Below are positions 18,291 to 28,870 of a DNA stretch of 53,865 nucleotides, in pieces; positions within the stretch are counted from its first letter, which is position 1; each line of letters begins with the position of its first letter. The notes beneath the pieces are model-generated. The model saw only the letters and a list, made by a program, of their open reading frames with translations. It was not told the DNA's origin and did no database searches. This DNA comes from an uncultured Gammaproteobacteria bacterium (GTDB lineage Bacteria > Patescibacteriota > Microgenomatia > Daviesbacterales > UBA10151). The stretch is from the NCBI GenBank assembly GCA_964504665.1, contig CAZDEH010000006.1:1-53865 (forward strand), in the 5' to 3' direction. The position numbers and the translations under genes are program-made.

Positions 18291-19832
18291 ATGAGAAAAA
18301 TACTTAAGGCGGGAGTATATGATCGTTGGCTGTATTCTTTAGGTGGAGGAGAACAACTAGCCTTTGCTTATGCTTTGGCTTTACGGGATTTAGGATATCA
18401 AACAGAGCTTTTAACCCATAAAAAAGTTGATCTGGTAGTTGCAGAGAAGAAAATGAATGTTAATCTTCACGGCATAGAATTAAAATATTTGCCCAATATG
18501 CTTGATTATCAACTTAGTCAATATACTGAAAATTATGATGTTTTTATTTGTAACTCTTATTTAGATTATATTCCTAACAGAAGTAAATTTGGGATTTTAT
18601 CTATTTTTTTCCCTTCCAGAATTCATCTTTCTGTATATGAATATTTTAAGCGAGCTTTAGTTGTGCCTTCTCTACGAAAATTTTTTATTTATCCATCGAG
18701 ATTTGAAGGATTTCGTTATGATGAGAGTGTTGGTAAAAAAATATTCAAATGGCTGGGTAAAAAGTCAACAATTGTTTTTAATCAAGATATCAGGGATTTT
18801 CATATTGAACTACATTTTGGGTATTTTGCCTTCTCTCTGATAGATAGTATTTCATTTTCTTTAGATAAAGAGGTTGTAGTACCCTTATCAAGAAGTGCTG
18901 ACTTAAATAATAATTGTGTAAGCTACTCATTTAAATTTACCAAACCAACAAAGGGATTCGGTCTATCGATATATTTACCGGATTTAGAGTTCAGTGAAGA
19001 TGTTGCTTTGACTAAAATTTTAATTCTAAATTACCGTTATTTTTTCTATAACATATTTAAGAAATTCTTTCCGAAATGGGAAATGAGGCTTCATGGTGGA
19101 CCGTCAGTCACGAAATTCTCCGATATTAAATCTTATGATAGGATACTTACAATTTCTAAATTTTCGAGAAAATGGATAGAAAAATATTGGCATGTTTCAA
19201 GCGATATTTTATATCCTCCAGCTTCGATAAACAGTTTCTCTCCATCGAAAGATAAAAAAAATATTATTGTAAATATTGGACGTTTTTTCGTAACGGGCCA
19301 TTGCAAGAAACAACTAGACATGGTTAGGGTATTTAAGAAGCTGGTAGATAGTGGAAGAAAGGATTGGGAGCTCCATTTTATAGGTAGCGTCGCTGAGGGT
19401 GATTTGCACCGCAAATATTTCGAAACAACGGAGGAAGAATCCCTGGGATATCCTATTTTTTTCTATAATAATGCGACGTTTGCGGAACTCCGGGAAATAT
19501 TATCTAAGGCAAAAATATACTGGCATGCTACAGGTTTAGATGAAAATCCGGAAAATAATCCAATAAGATTGGAACACTTTGGCATTACTACAATTGAGGC
19601 AATGGCTTCTGGCTGTGTTCCTGTTGTTATTAATCTTGGTGGACAGTCGGAAATAGTTACTTCTGGAGCAGGTTTTCTTTGGAATAATAGAGATGAATTA
19701 TTACTTTACACCAAAAAACTTATAAATAACCCAAAACTCATAAAAGAAATGAGTCTGAAAGCGATAGAAAGAAGCAAATTCTTTGATATAGAAAATTTTA
19801 AAAGAGAGCTTAAAAAATATTTACCTCTTTAG
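18291..19832 (+). CDS. GT4 (GT-B fold) glycosyltransferase with a long N-terminal region
   Basis: The C-terminal EX7E-type motif is EHFGITTIEAMASGCVPVVINLGG. Confidence 0.8.
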   Translation: MRKILKAGVYDRWLYSLGGGEQLAFAYALALRDLGYQTELLTHKKVDLVVAEKKMNVNLHGIELKYLPNMLDYQLSQYTENYDVFICNSYLDYIPNRSKFGILSIFFPSRIHLSVYEYFKRALVVPSLRKFFIYPSRFEGFRYDESVGKKIFKWLGKKSTIVFNQDIRDFHIELHFGYFAFSLIDSISFSLDKEVVVPLSRSADLNNNCVSYSFKFTKPTKGFGLSIYLPDLEFSEDVALTKILILNYRYFFYNIFKKFFPKWEMRLHGGPSVTKFSDIKSYDRILTISKFSRKWIEKYWHVSSDILYPPASINSFSPSKDKKNIIVNIGRFFVTGHCKKQLDMVRVFKKLVDSGRKDWELHFIGSVAEGDLHRKYFETTEEESLGYPIFFYNNATFAELREILSKAKIYWHATGLDENPENNPIRLEHFGITTIEAMASGCVPVVINLGGQSEIVTSGAGFLWNNRDELLLYTKKLINNPKLIKEMSLKAIERSKFFDIENFKRELKKYLPL

Positions 19833-20563
19833 TTTGTAAATAAATTAAATTTTATAATTTCCCAAAAGGCTTTTACACCATCTTTCCAGTTGATCTTCTT
19901 ACCTTCCTCATAAGTTCTACCTGCATAAGATATTCCTACTTCGTAAATTTTTACCCCCTTAATTTTAGAAATTCGCGCTGTAATTTCCGGTTCAAAACCA
20001 AATCTGTTGCTTTGTAATTTTGTGGATATGTTTCTGATTAGATCTCCCTTAAAAACTTTATAACCTGTTTCCATATCGGTCAAATTTAGATTGGTTAACA
20101 TATTTGATAAAGTAGTCAAGAGTAGGTTCATTTGAGAATGCCAAAAATAAAGAACACGGTGTGGACGATTAGAAATGAACCTGGAACCATAGACTACGTC
20201 TGCATTATTTCTAATGAATGGTTCCAAGAGTGTGGGATAATCTTCCGGATTATATTCTAAATCTGCATCCTGAATTAAAACAATATCTCCCGTTGTAGAT
20301 TTGAATCCATCACGTAATGCTGCCCCTTTTCCTTCGTTGTTTTTTTTAAAAATTGTTTTAAAAGAATATTTTTTATTGTGATCTTTTTTAAATCTGTTAA
20401 TTTCCTTAGTGATTAATTTGACTGTGTTATCTTTCGAGCCATCATCTACGATCACGATTTCTTTTATAAGTCCTGGTGAGTCGGCATTAATAACAGTTTG
20501 AATTGTATGTTCGATATATTTTTCTTCATTAAACACAGGAATGACTATAGATAATTTATTCAT
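19829..20563 (-). CDS. GT2 polyprenol-phosphate sugar synthase candidate (Dpm1/GtrB/ArnC-like)
   Basis: LSIVIPVFNEEKYIEHTI, IVIVDDGSKDNTV, GKGAALRDGF and IQDADLEYNPEDY. This motif set is typical of polyprenyl-P-hexose synthases. Confidence 0.65.
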   Translation of the reverse strand: MNKLSIVIPVFNEEKYIEHTIQTVINADSPGLIKEIVIVDDGSKDNTVKLITKEINRFKKDHNKKYSFKTIFKKNNEGKGAALRDGFKSTTGDIVLIQDADLEYNPEDYPTLLEPFIRNNADVVYGSRFISNRPHRVLYFWHSQMNLLLTTLSNMLTNLNLTDMETGYKVFKGDLIRNISTKLQSNRFGFEPEITARISKIKGVKIYEVGISYAGRTYEEGKKINWKDGVKAFWEIIKFNLFTN

Positions 20564-20634
20564 ATTCTTCTGAAGATTATTACAAATTTATAGATTTCTT
20601 TCAATAAGTAATCACTTTAGTGTAAAATTTAGTA

Positions 20635-22254
20635 ATGATATTAAAGAAATTAAAAATCATCCAGATGCAAAAAATAATTTTTTTTGGATGCTTACTAGTT
20701 TTTTGTTTACTCTTATATAAAGATGTATTTTCAGAAAGAACCTTAATTCCTAATTTTGAACCTTTCCCCGATGCTTTTCATTATGTAATTCCTGCCAGAA
20801 ATTTAATTCAAGGGGGAGGATTTAACGTTTCCAGAGAGGGGAGAGTAATAAAGTCTCAAGTTGGCCCCTTATACTCAATTTCTTTACTCCCTATGTTTTT
20901 TATTAATAGTGATCCCAGAATGTTTTATTTTACCAATATCATAATTGCTTTATTAAGTTTTGGATTATTTTATAAAATATTATTTAAAATTACTCAAAAT
21001 TCGTTAATCTTATTTATTACTCTTTTTCTTTATTCTACTAATTATTATCTGTATTGGTATCCTACTTTGGCAATGGCAGAAAATCTGATGATTTTATTAT
21101 TTTTGGGGGCAACTTATTTAATTATTCTTCCTGTCAAAATCAATAAATTGTTAGTTGCTACGATAATCGCTTTAAGTTTTTATTTAACAAAATATGCCAG
21201 CGCTCCATTAACCGCTTTGTATATATGTATTTATGGTCTGAAAACATTTATTTTTAAAAAAGAGAAGAAGTATGCCTTAATTTATATTACTCTAGTGTCA
21301 CTGATGATGATATTGGCAGCTATTTATCTATATTTTTTGAGAAATATAAATATTTTTCGAATCTTCTATTTCTATATTGAAGGTACTTTATTTTTTAAAT
21401 CCACAGATGGACAAATATTTTTTACCGGGTATATATTATCTAACTTACCTAAATATATAGAAGCAATACTAGGGTTCCCTACAAAAGTACTTTGGGATAC
21501 CACTCCATTGGTTCCTAAGTTTGTCGGGATTTTTGGTTTAATTGGACTTATAGTAGGGATAGCTAAATCTAATTTTAGGTACTTAAGTTTAAGCTTAAGT
21601 ATTTTACTCTTTGGTTCGATATTATTTATGTCAACTTTCTATTCTTTTGATGGTCGCTATATTCTGCACGCTATTCCGACGCTACTGATTGGTTCTGCTA
21701 TTCTATTAGTTTCTTTGTTGAAGCTCGTTTCTAAAAAAGGTTTCAATAATTTATTTTACTTAATGCTATTTTTATTTATAGCTTGGTATTTTGCTACAAA
21801 TATTTTAAGAATTAAGAATCAAATTATGTTAAATATTAGATACGCAGAGACCCCCTGGTATTATGTTTCCATTCTAGAGATGAATAAATATTTTACTTTA
21901 GACAAAATACAAGGAAATAAAAAACCTGTGCTGATTTCTGCAATGGCTCCATATCTGATAGATTTTTTTTCAAATAAAAATTTTACCTTACTACCTTTAT
22001 CTTATGATCAGGAATTTAGAAGTGAGAAGGAATTCGTTTGGGGTCCTAACGATTATTCAGATTTGCCAAAACTTTATACAAAATATATTAAAGAAGGATA
22101 TTCTGTTTATGTTGATAGGTATGGATTGGGAAATGAAACTTATACAAATAAGGATTATAAAGTAATTGAAAATACCTTCATACTTACTAAGGTAGCAACA
22201 GGATGTTTTGAGCAGTGTAATATTTACAGAGTAAAATTAAAAAATGTTAATTAA
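20635..22254 (+). CDS. Polytopic membrane protein, GT-C-like glycosyltransferase candidate
   Basis: 539 aa with more than 10 TM helices. The first loop reads NFEPFPDAFHYVIPARNL. A C-terminal soluble domain is present. Confidence 0.5.
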   Translation: MILKKLKIIQMQKIIFFGCLLVFCLLLYKDVFSERTLIPNFEPFPDAFHYVIPARNLIQGGGFNVSREGRVIKSQVGPLYSISLLPMFFINSDPRMFYFTNIIIALLSFGLFYKILFKITQNSLILFITLFLYSTNYYLYWYPTLAMAENLMILLFLGATYLIILPVKINKLLVATIIALSFYLTKYASAPLTALYICIYGLKTFIFKKEKKYALIYITLVSLMMILAAIYLYFLRNINIFRIFYFYIEGTLFFKSTDGQIFFTGYILSNLPKYIEAILGFPTKVLWDTTPLVPKFVGIFGLIGLIVGIAKSNFRYLSLSLSILLFGSILFMSTFYSFDGRYILHAIPTLLIGSAILLVSLLKLVSKKGFNNLFYLMLFLFIAWYFATNILRIKNQIMLNIRYAETPWYYVSILEMNKYFTLDKIQGNKKPVLISAMAPYLIDFFSNKNFTLLPLSYDQEFRSEKEFVWGPNDYSDLPKLYTKYIKEGYSVYVDRYGLGNETYTNKDYKVIENTFILTKVATGCFEQCNIYRVKLKNVN

Positions 22255-23692
22255 GATTTATGGCTTTTTGAGTAAGAAACCTATATACTATTTATTTGCA
22301 TTAATTTTTATTTTTATTTTTTTGTTTATAAGGCTTTATAATATTTCTAATTCCTTAGAATTTTTTGGCGATATAGGACGCGACCATTTGACTCTTTATG
22401 AATGGTGGATAACAGGAAAAATCCCATTACTTGGACCGGGTGTAAGTTATTTTTCTTTACATCTTCCCCCTATATATTACTATATAAATTTTCCGATCTT
22501 TTTAATTTCCAGACTTTCTCCCTACACAACTTTAATAACTTTATTATTGATTTTTATCGGAGTCTATATAGTGGCAATTTTAACTTTTAAAAAACGGGAA
22601 TATTTAATTGCCGTGTTTGTAGCTGCTTTACTCATAATATTTCATCCGCAATATATTTTACAAACTCGTCTTCCGTGGAGTCCCACTTTTGCCGCTCCTT
22701 TTATAGGAGTAGCAGTCTTCGAGCTCCTTTTATTACGAGAAAAATATTCCGTAAATAAATTTATAATATTTTCTGTTAGTTTAGCAGGAGCAGCAGGATT
22801 ATCTGTAGAAACTATTCCTACTGTATTTGCGATGATAATTTCTGCCCTATGGATATTACTGCACCGTATAAAAAATATTTGTATTTTTTTTGCTTCAGTA
22901 TTATTAATTTTTTTGCCTTTAATTATATTTGAGCTTCGGCATCAATTCTTTTTTATATCCAGATTAATAGCAAATCCGATCACTCAACCTTTTGAAACGG
23001 ATCTGTTTGAAAAATTTCCTTATCTTTTATCTTTTCTTTTTGGAGTGAATGAGTGGAATGGTTTAAGCATGACAATTATTATAATTATTTTCCTTATAAT
23101 TTTTACTTATATTATTATCAACTGGAAACAGAAAAAGATTATAAAAAATAATAAAGTTTTGTTTCTTTTTGTATTATTTTCTTTGTCTTTACTGTTAACT
23201 TATATATTACCTTTTCCTGCTAGAGAGCATGACATATTTGGTATTTCAGTCTTATTTTTCATAACTATTGCATTTTTCCCATTAAGACTCTCGTTTGTTA
23301 TTAGTGGATTATTGTTAGTTTTGTGGCTTAATCCAACTATTTTTAATAGTTATTTTAAACAGGGACATCGGACAATTTCAGAAATGGAGAATTGTGCTAC
23401 TAATGTTTGTTCTTTTGAACATGATCCTATGTATATTTCTGTAACTGCTTGGTATATCTATCATAAAACTCCAGAATATCAATTTGTATTTATGAAAAAC
23501 GGTTGTCAGGTAAATGACATTACATATATGCCAAACTGGACAAATAAAATGTTGGTTATTGCTGATAGTGAAACTTATGAACATGGAAAAACTGCTTATA
23601 ATGAACTGACGTTATTTGGAAAATCAATTGTTGAAAAAAAATATGACTGTGAAGATAACTTAAAAGGTTATGTTTTAAAAAAGGTAAACTAA
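22244..23692 (+). CDS. Polytopic membrane protein, GT-C-like glycosyltransferase candidate
   Basis: 482 aa and multi-TM. The first loop reads LEFFGDIGRDHLTLYEW. Confidence 0.5.
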   Translation: MLIKIYGFLSKKPIYYLFALIFIFIFLFIRLYNISNSLEFFGDIGRDHLTLYEWWITGKIPLLGPGVSYFSLHLPPIYYYINFPIFLISRLSPYTTLITLLLIFIGVYIVAILTFKKREYLIAVFVAALLIIFHPQYILQTRLPWSPTFAAPFIGVAVFELLLLREKYSVNKFIIFSVSLAGAAGLSVETIPTVFAMIISALWILLHRIKNICIFFASVLLIFLPLIIFELRHQFFFISRLIANPITQPFETDLFEKFPYLLSFLFGVNEWNGLSMTIIIIIFLIIFTYIIINWKQKKIIKNNKVLFLFVLFSLSLLLTYILPFPAREHDIFGISVLFFITIAFFPLRLSFVISGLLLVLWLNPTIFNSYFKQGHRTISEMENCATNVCSFEHDPMYISVTAWYIYHKTPEYQFVFMKNGCQVNDITYMPNWTNKMLVIADSETYEHGKTAYNELTLFGKSIVEKKYDCEDNLKGYVLKKVN

Positions 23693-23695
23693 ATA

Positions 23696-25111
23696 ATGAT
23701 GATAAAAAGATTTGGATTATTTTGTGCAATCATCTTTTCGGTATTAATATTTTCTCCTGCTTTAAATAATTTTTTTTGGGGTGATGATTGGTATCATTTG
23801 AGCGTCAGCCAAATATCAAATTTTAATGAATTTCTTAATTTTTTCTCTTTTCAATTTACACCCCAATCCACGCCTTTTTATCGACCAATCTCAACACAGT
23901 TATTTTTCTTTAGTTTTAGTAATGTTTTTGGGTTAAATCCATTTCCTTTTTATTCGTTTTTATTGTTAATTTTTTCCTACAGTCTGTGGCTACTGCATAA
24001 TTTTGTATATATGGTTTCCGGCGATAAAAAAAATTCTTTGTTAGCAGTATTAATATATGGATTTTCAGCGACTAATTTTCCCCGTTTATATTATTTATCT
24101 AATCTACAGGAGGTACTTATGGTTGTATTTATACTCTTATCACTGATTAATTATTTACAAAATTCAAAATCAAAAACTATTTTGTCATTAATATTTTTTC
24201 TGTTCGCTTTAGGATGTAAAGAAACAGCAATTGTCTTACCGTTTATTTTAGCAAGTTTTAATTATTTATATAAAAAATCTTCTTTTGTGAGATTATGGCC
24301 ATATTTTTTGATTGCAAGTATATATATATTTATCAAATTAATATATTGGAATAATTACGGAAAAGATGACTATTTTTTTGACTTTTCACCAATTAAAGCA
24401 GTTAATACATTGGGATGGTATACTTTTTGGTCTTTTGGAGTACCGGAATTTTTAGTTGATTACATTGGGAGTGGCTTCAAGATTATTTCGCGGTTTTATC
24501 AGGATTTTCAGTTTACAGCCTATATTCTGTTAACATTAATCTTTTTAGTGTTTGGTAGTTTTGTTTCAGTAGTAATATCTAATATTAGAACTATTAATAG
24601 AAAACAAGTATTTTTTATCAGCTTTTTTCTGATAGGATTATTACCTGTACTTTTTTTGCCATGGCATAAATTTGCATATGAGTTAACCTTACCTATGATA
24701 GGGTGGAGTACTTTACTTGCAAGTTTGTTGTTTAAAAACAATGTCCGCAATGTTTTATCCGTGACTTTTTTGATTATATTTTTTATATTAAATTTATTTA
24801 CAATTACACTGGATTATCAAAGGCATCAATCTGTCACAAGGAGTAAAATTTCCTATAAGGTTTATAAATATTTTTCTGAAATTTATTCAGTTCCACCTAA
24901 TAATAGTTATTTTGAGTTTTTTAATGATACAAATATTCCCAATAAAAATTGGGGTTCCTCAAAACAAATAGATCAAGCTGTTTCTGGGTCAAATTTATTT
25001 AAAGTCTTATATAAAAATCCAAATTATATTGTTTATTATGAAGATATTATAGTTAATAAACCAATTTTGGAAAAACGTATCCCAATTAGTACCGCCATGT
25101 TCTTGAAATAA
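23696..25111 (+). CDS. Polytopic membrane protein, GT-C-like glycosyltransferase candidate
   Basis: 471 aa and multi-TM. The first loop reads NNFFWGDDWYHLSV. Confidence 0.5.
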   Translation: MMIKRFGLFCAIIFSVLIFSPALNNFFWGDDWYHLSVSQISNFNEFLNFFSFQFTPQSTPFYRPISTQLFFFSFSNVFGLNPFPFYSFLLLIFSYSLWLLHNFVYMVSGDKKNSLLAVLIYGFSATNFPRLYYLSNLQEVLMVVFILLSLINYLQNSKSKTILSLIFFLFALGCKETAIVLPFILASFNYLYKKSSFVRLWPYFLIASIYIFIKLIYWNNYGKDDYFFDFSPIKAVNTLGWYTFWSFGVPEFLVDYIGSGFKIISRFYQDFQFTAYILLTLIFLVFGSFVSVVISNIRTINRKQVFFISFFLIGLLPVLFLPWHKFAYELTLPMIGWSTLLASLLFKNNVRNVLSVTFLIIFFILNLFTITLDYQRHQSVTRSKISYKVYKYFSEIYSVPPNNSYFEFFNDTNIPNKNWGSSKQIDQAVSGSNLFKVLYKNPNYIVYYEDIIVNKPILEKRIPISTAMFLK

Positions 25112-26545
25112 ATGAAAAAAAATAAATTGCTCGTCTCTATTTTACTCTTAGGCTTAATTGTTAGATTGATAAACTTAAATCAAAGTCTTTGGTTGGATGA
25201 GGCTATAAATGTGGTTTATGCCAGAGCTAATGATTTTTGGTGGTTTGTAACGAAATATCCGATCGGTGACTTTCATCCGGCTGGTTGGTTCACTATCCTT
25301 TGGATTGCGGGACACTTATTTGGTTGGTCAGAAGTATCTGTACGTTTACCTTCTGTGATTTTTGGTGTTACTACAGTATATATTACTTATTTAATCTGCA
25401 AAGAAATATTTTCTAAAAAAATTGGATTGATTGCTGCGTTAATGCTTTCCATTGCCCCGCTTCATATTTATTATTCGCAAGAGGCTAGGATGTATGCTTT
25501 ATCCACTTTTACAGTCACGTTGTCAGTTTACTCATTTATTCTTTTTATGGTCAATAGAAAATATAGCATGTTGATGTTTGTTGTAACATCCATTTTAGTT
25601 TTGTATTCCGATTACGTCGCGTATTTTATTTTTCCTTGCCAATTTATCTATATTTTATTTTGGCGAAAGGATATGATAAAAAAGTATATTTATTCTTTAT
25701 GTATAACTACTCTGTTTTTTATTCCCTGGCTTTTTATATTGCCTGAACAGCTAATAAGTGGTCAAAAGACTGCAATGATCATTCCGGGCTGGAAAGAAGT
25801 TGTCGGCAGTTCTTCTATAAAAGAATTATTTCTCCTTGTAATTAAAACAATAATTGGTCGGATTAGTTTTAATAATAGTATGTATTATTATATTTTTATT
25901 TCGGTTATTGCAGCACCCTTGTTGATTGCGTTATTAAAAATTAATAAAAGTTTAAATAAAAATAGTTATTTAATTTTATGTTGGTTAATTATCTCGCCAC
26001 TTTTATCGTGGCTATTTTCTTTACTTATTCCGGTATTCTCATATTTTCGCTTACTTTATGTTGTTCCTGCATTTTATATATTGGTTGCACTAAGTTTAAG
26101 TAAATTTACGACTATTTATTTTAAAATTATCCTGGGATTAATTATATTGACCGAAATAGTTGCGAGCGGATTATATTTATTTAATGACCAATATCATCGT
26201 GAAAATTGGCAGGATGCTTCTTCTTTGGGTAGACTAAATAACACAGTTGTTATTTTTGAAGATGATACAGTTCCTGCTCCCTATGTTTATTATAACTCAA
26301 CAATTTCTGATTCTTTTCCCGGACTGAAAAAAAAACCGGCCAAATCGATTGATGATGTAAGCGAACTACAAGTTGAATTACTAAACAAAAGAAACGTGTT
26401 GTTATTTAATTATCTTGTTGAAATAACTGATCCACAAAAATATGTGGAGCAGAAATTGATAAAGTTAGGTTATAAAAAAATATCAACATTTAACTACCAA
26501 GGTGTTGGCTTTGTTTTTTTGTTTTCCAGGAACTTAAATCAATAA
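25112..26545 (+). CDS. GT-C glycosyltransferase candidate, ArnT/PMT (GT39/GT83)-like
   Basis: 477 aa and multi-TM. The first-loop motif LNQSLWLDEAINVVYA contains the DE pair typical of ArnT/PMT-type enzymes. Confidence 0.62.
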   Translation: MKKNKLLVSILLLGLIVRLINLNQSLWLDEAINVVYARANDFWWFVTKYPIGDFHPAGWFTILWIAGHLFGWSEVSVRLPSVIFGVTTVYITYLICKEIFSKKIGLIAALMLSIAPLHIYYSQEARMYALSTFTVTLSVYSFILFMVNRKYSMLMFVVTSILVLYSDYVAYFIFPCQFIYILFWRKDMIKKYIYSLCITTLFFIPWLFILPEQLISGQKTAMIIPGWKEVVGSSSIKELFLLVIKTIIGRISFNNSMYYYIFISVIAAPLLIALLKINKSLNKNSYLILCWLIISPLLSWLFSLLIPVFSYFRLLYVVPAFYILVALSLSKFTTIYFKIILGLIILTEIVASGLYLFNDQYHRENWQDASSLGRLNNTVVIFEDDTVPAPYVYYNSTISDSFPGLKKKPAKSIDDVSELQVELLNKRNVLLFNYLVEITDPQKYVEQKLIKLGYKKISTFNYQGVGFVFLFSRNLNQ

Positions 26546-26588
26546 GCGATGCCAAAGTAAGCTATATTTGTTACAATAAAGATACTTT

Positions 26589-27608
26589 ATGAAGGTTGGT
26601 TTTGATATATCACAAATAGCCCACATAGGGGGAGTTACAACTTACACGGAAAATATAACTAGTCAGTTGTCTAAAACAACAATAGATATGGTTTATTTTT
26701 ATTTCTCTTTGAGAAAGCCATATAATGGAAAATTATCAAATGTTAAGAAGTTTTTTTTACCACCGACTTTGTCGGAATTTATTTTTAATAGAGTGAGGAA
26801 AATACCGATTGAGTTATTTATAGGAGATATTGATATTTTTCACAGTTCGGATTGGATTCAGCCTCCCACAAAGGCAAAAAAAATTACAACCTATCATGAT
26901 GTTGTTCCAATAAAATACCCTCAGTGGTCACACCCTAAAATAATTGAAGTTCATAAACGCAGACTCGAGATTGTAGAAAAAGAGATAGATATAGTAATTG
27001 CTGTCTCAGAGTCTACTAAAAGAGATTTATTAGAGCTTACTAAAATTCCTGAAAATAAGATAAAAGTAATTTATGAAGCAGCTGAGGAACAGTTTAAACC
27101 CTCAAATAAAGAATTAGTTGAAGATTTTAGAAAAAAAATGAAATTACCAGATAAATTTATTTTGGCAATTGGTGGAGTGGGTGAAAGAAGAAATTTAGCT
27201 CGAATAAAAAAAGTGACTCAAAGATTTAATTTAGTAATAACAGGAGAAACTATTCCTTGGGTTAAAGCTCAAGAACTGCCATTACTGTATTCTGCAGCAG
27301 AAGTTCTGCTTTATCCCTCCTTATATGAAGGATTTGGTTTACCAATATTAGAAGCCATGAGCTGTGGAACACCAGTCATTACTTCTAATATTTCGTCAAT
27401 GCCAGAGGTGGGGGGAGATGCAGCGTTATATGTTAACCCGGAAGATGAAGGTGATATAAGTAAAAAACTACAATTACTAATGAAAGATGAACAACTAAGA
27501 AAAACAATAGCAGATAAAGGATTTAAACAAGCTCAGAGATTTTCTTGGACAAAATGTGCAGAAGAGACCTTTGGGATATATAAAAGACTTATAAACCCAC
27601 ATGCCTAG
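26589..27608 (+). CDS. GT4 glycosyltransferase
   Basis: YPSLYEGFGLPILEAMSCGTPVITSNISSMPEVGGDAALYVNP. Confidence 0.87.
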   Translation: MKVGFDISQIAHIGGVTTYTENITSQLSKTTIDMVYFYFSLRKPYNGKLSNVKKFFLPPTLSEFIFNRVRKIPIELFIGDIDIFHSSDWIQPPTKAKKITTYHDVVPIKYPQWSHPKIIEVHKRRLEIVEKEIDIVIAVSESTKRDLLELTKIPENKIKVIYEAAEEQFKPSNKELVEDFRKKMKLPDKFILAIGGVGERRNLARIKKVTQRFNLVITGETIPWVKAQELPLLYSAAEVLLYPSLYEGFGLPILEAMSCGTPVITSNISSMPEVGGDAALYVNPEDEGDISKKLQLLMKDEQLRKTIADKGFKQAQRFSWTKCAEETFGIYKRLINPHA

Positions 27609-28869
27609 ACTCTTTTCGCATACTTTCTTACTAATCTTATCTGTACTATTTATCGCTACTCTTGTGAGATTTATTAATTTTGAAAATCGTATGAATTTCG
27701 GACCCGAACAAGCGATCTCTCTAAGTGTTGCAGCCGACTATATAAATGAAAAATTTAGCCTACTTGGAGAACCAAATGTTCAAAGAGTAACGTCTTACGG
27801 TCATCGGATTTTTCACCCGCCTGTTTTTAACTATAGTTTAATTCCTCTACTGGTTGTTTTTAATTATGATCCCATACCCGTTACTGTTTTTTTTGGTTTA
27901 TTGAATCTAGGGACTGGTGTGGTTTTGTTTTGGGTAATAAAAAATAATATAAATATGAAAGTAGCCCTTTTTTCTTTAATTTTATTTCTGTTCAACTCCG
28001 TCATGATTCAACACTCTCTATTTATCTGGAATCAAAACTATATTCCCCTTTTATCAATTTTTATTGGATTTTGGATTTATAAAATAAAAATAGCAAATGG
28101 AAAAGATGATTTCAAACATGCTTTATTAATAGGTATTTTTTCGGGAATCATACTGGGAATTGAATTCCTTTTTCTCGTAACTATGGTATTTATATCTGGG
28201 TTCATATTTTATTTTTCTAAACGAAAGATACAAGTAATAAGTGGTATGTTAATCGGACTTGTGATTTCTCTATCCCCAATGATTTTATTTGACGTTAGGC
28301 ATCAATTTTATTTTATGAATACTCTAATACAATATTTTATTGACACTCTGAAAGCACCGGGACAGAACAATTTAAGCTATTATCACTTTTTTCAATTTTG
28401 GCCACCCTTAGTTTTGCTTGGTGGATTCATTCTTTCGAAAATTTACGCAAGAACTTCTTTGTTGGCAAGTTGTATGCTTATAGCATATATGCTATTTAAC
28501 TTATTTTCTCCACAGGTAAATTTTACAAAGGCAGTTGGAATGAATATAAATTTAAATTATCCTAAACTTGCAGAGGCAGCTAAAGCTATAGCGGAAGATA
28601 AACCGGTAAGTTTTAATGTGGTTACAACATGGGATTTTGATAGTCAGGCTCATCCTTTGCGATACCTTATGAAGTACCGCTATAACTTAAATCCTGCTAA
28701 CACTGAAGATTACCATAATATAAAAAATCTTTACGTTATGTCTAGTTCTGATTATAATTTTCAAAAAACGTCTTTATACGAGATTGCAAGTTTTCGTCCA
28801 TTTAATGTTGCACTTTTGAAGAATATAGATAATGATTATAGTGTTTTTAAATTAAGCCAAGAAAAATAA
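27601..28869 (+). CDS. Polytopic membrane protein, GT-C-like glycosyltransferase candidate
   Basis: 422 aa and multi-TM. The first loop reads FENRMNFGPEQAISLSVA. Confidence 0.45.
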   Translation: MPRLFSHTFLLILSVLFIATLVRFINFENRMNFGPEQAISLSVAADYINEKFSLLGEPNVQRVTSYGHRIFHPPVFNYSLIPLLVVFNYDPIPVTVFFGLLNLGTGVVLFWVIKNNINMKVALFSLILFLFNSVMIQHSLFIWNQNYIPLLSIFIGFWIYKIKIANGKDDFKHALLIGIFSGIILGIEFLFLVTMVFISGFIFYFSKRKIQVISGMLIGLVISLSPMILFDVRHQFYFMNTLIQYFIDTLKAPGQNNLSYYHFFQFWPPLVLLGGFILSKIYARTSLLASCMLIAYMLFNLFSPQVNFTKAVGMNINLNYPKLAEAAKAIAEDKPVSFNVVTTWDFDSQAHPLRYLMKYRYNLNPANTEDYHNIKNLYVMSSSDYNFQKTSLYEIASFRPFNVALLKNIDNDYSVFKLSQEK

Positions 28870-28870
28870 A

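Noticed and set aside
13363-24750. Short nested or antisense ORFs in the track: 13363-13545, 15356-15556, 15611-15871, 17041-17232, 17995-18249, 19133-19414, 22402-22590, 23378-23584 and 24520-24750
   Set aside because: All are contained within longer ORFs with family-level support or convincing membrane-protein character. They are typical frame shadows in AT-rich DNA.
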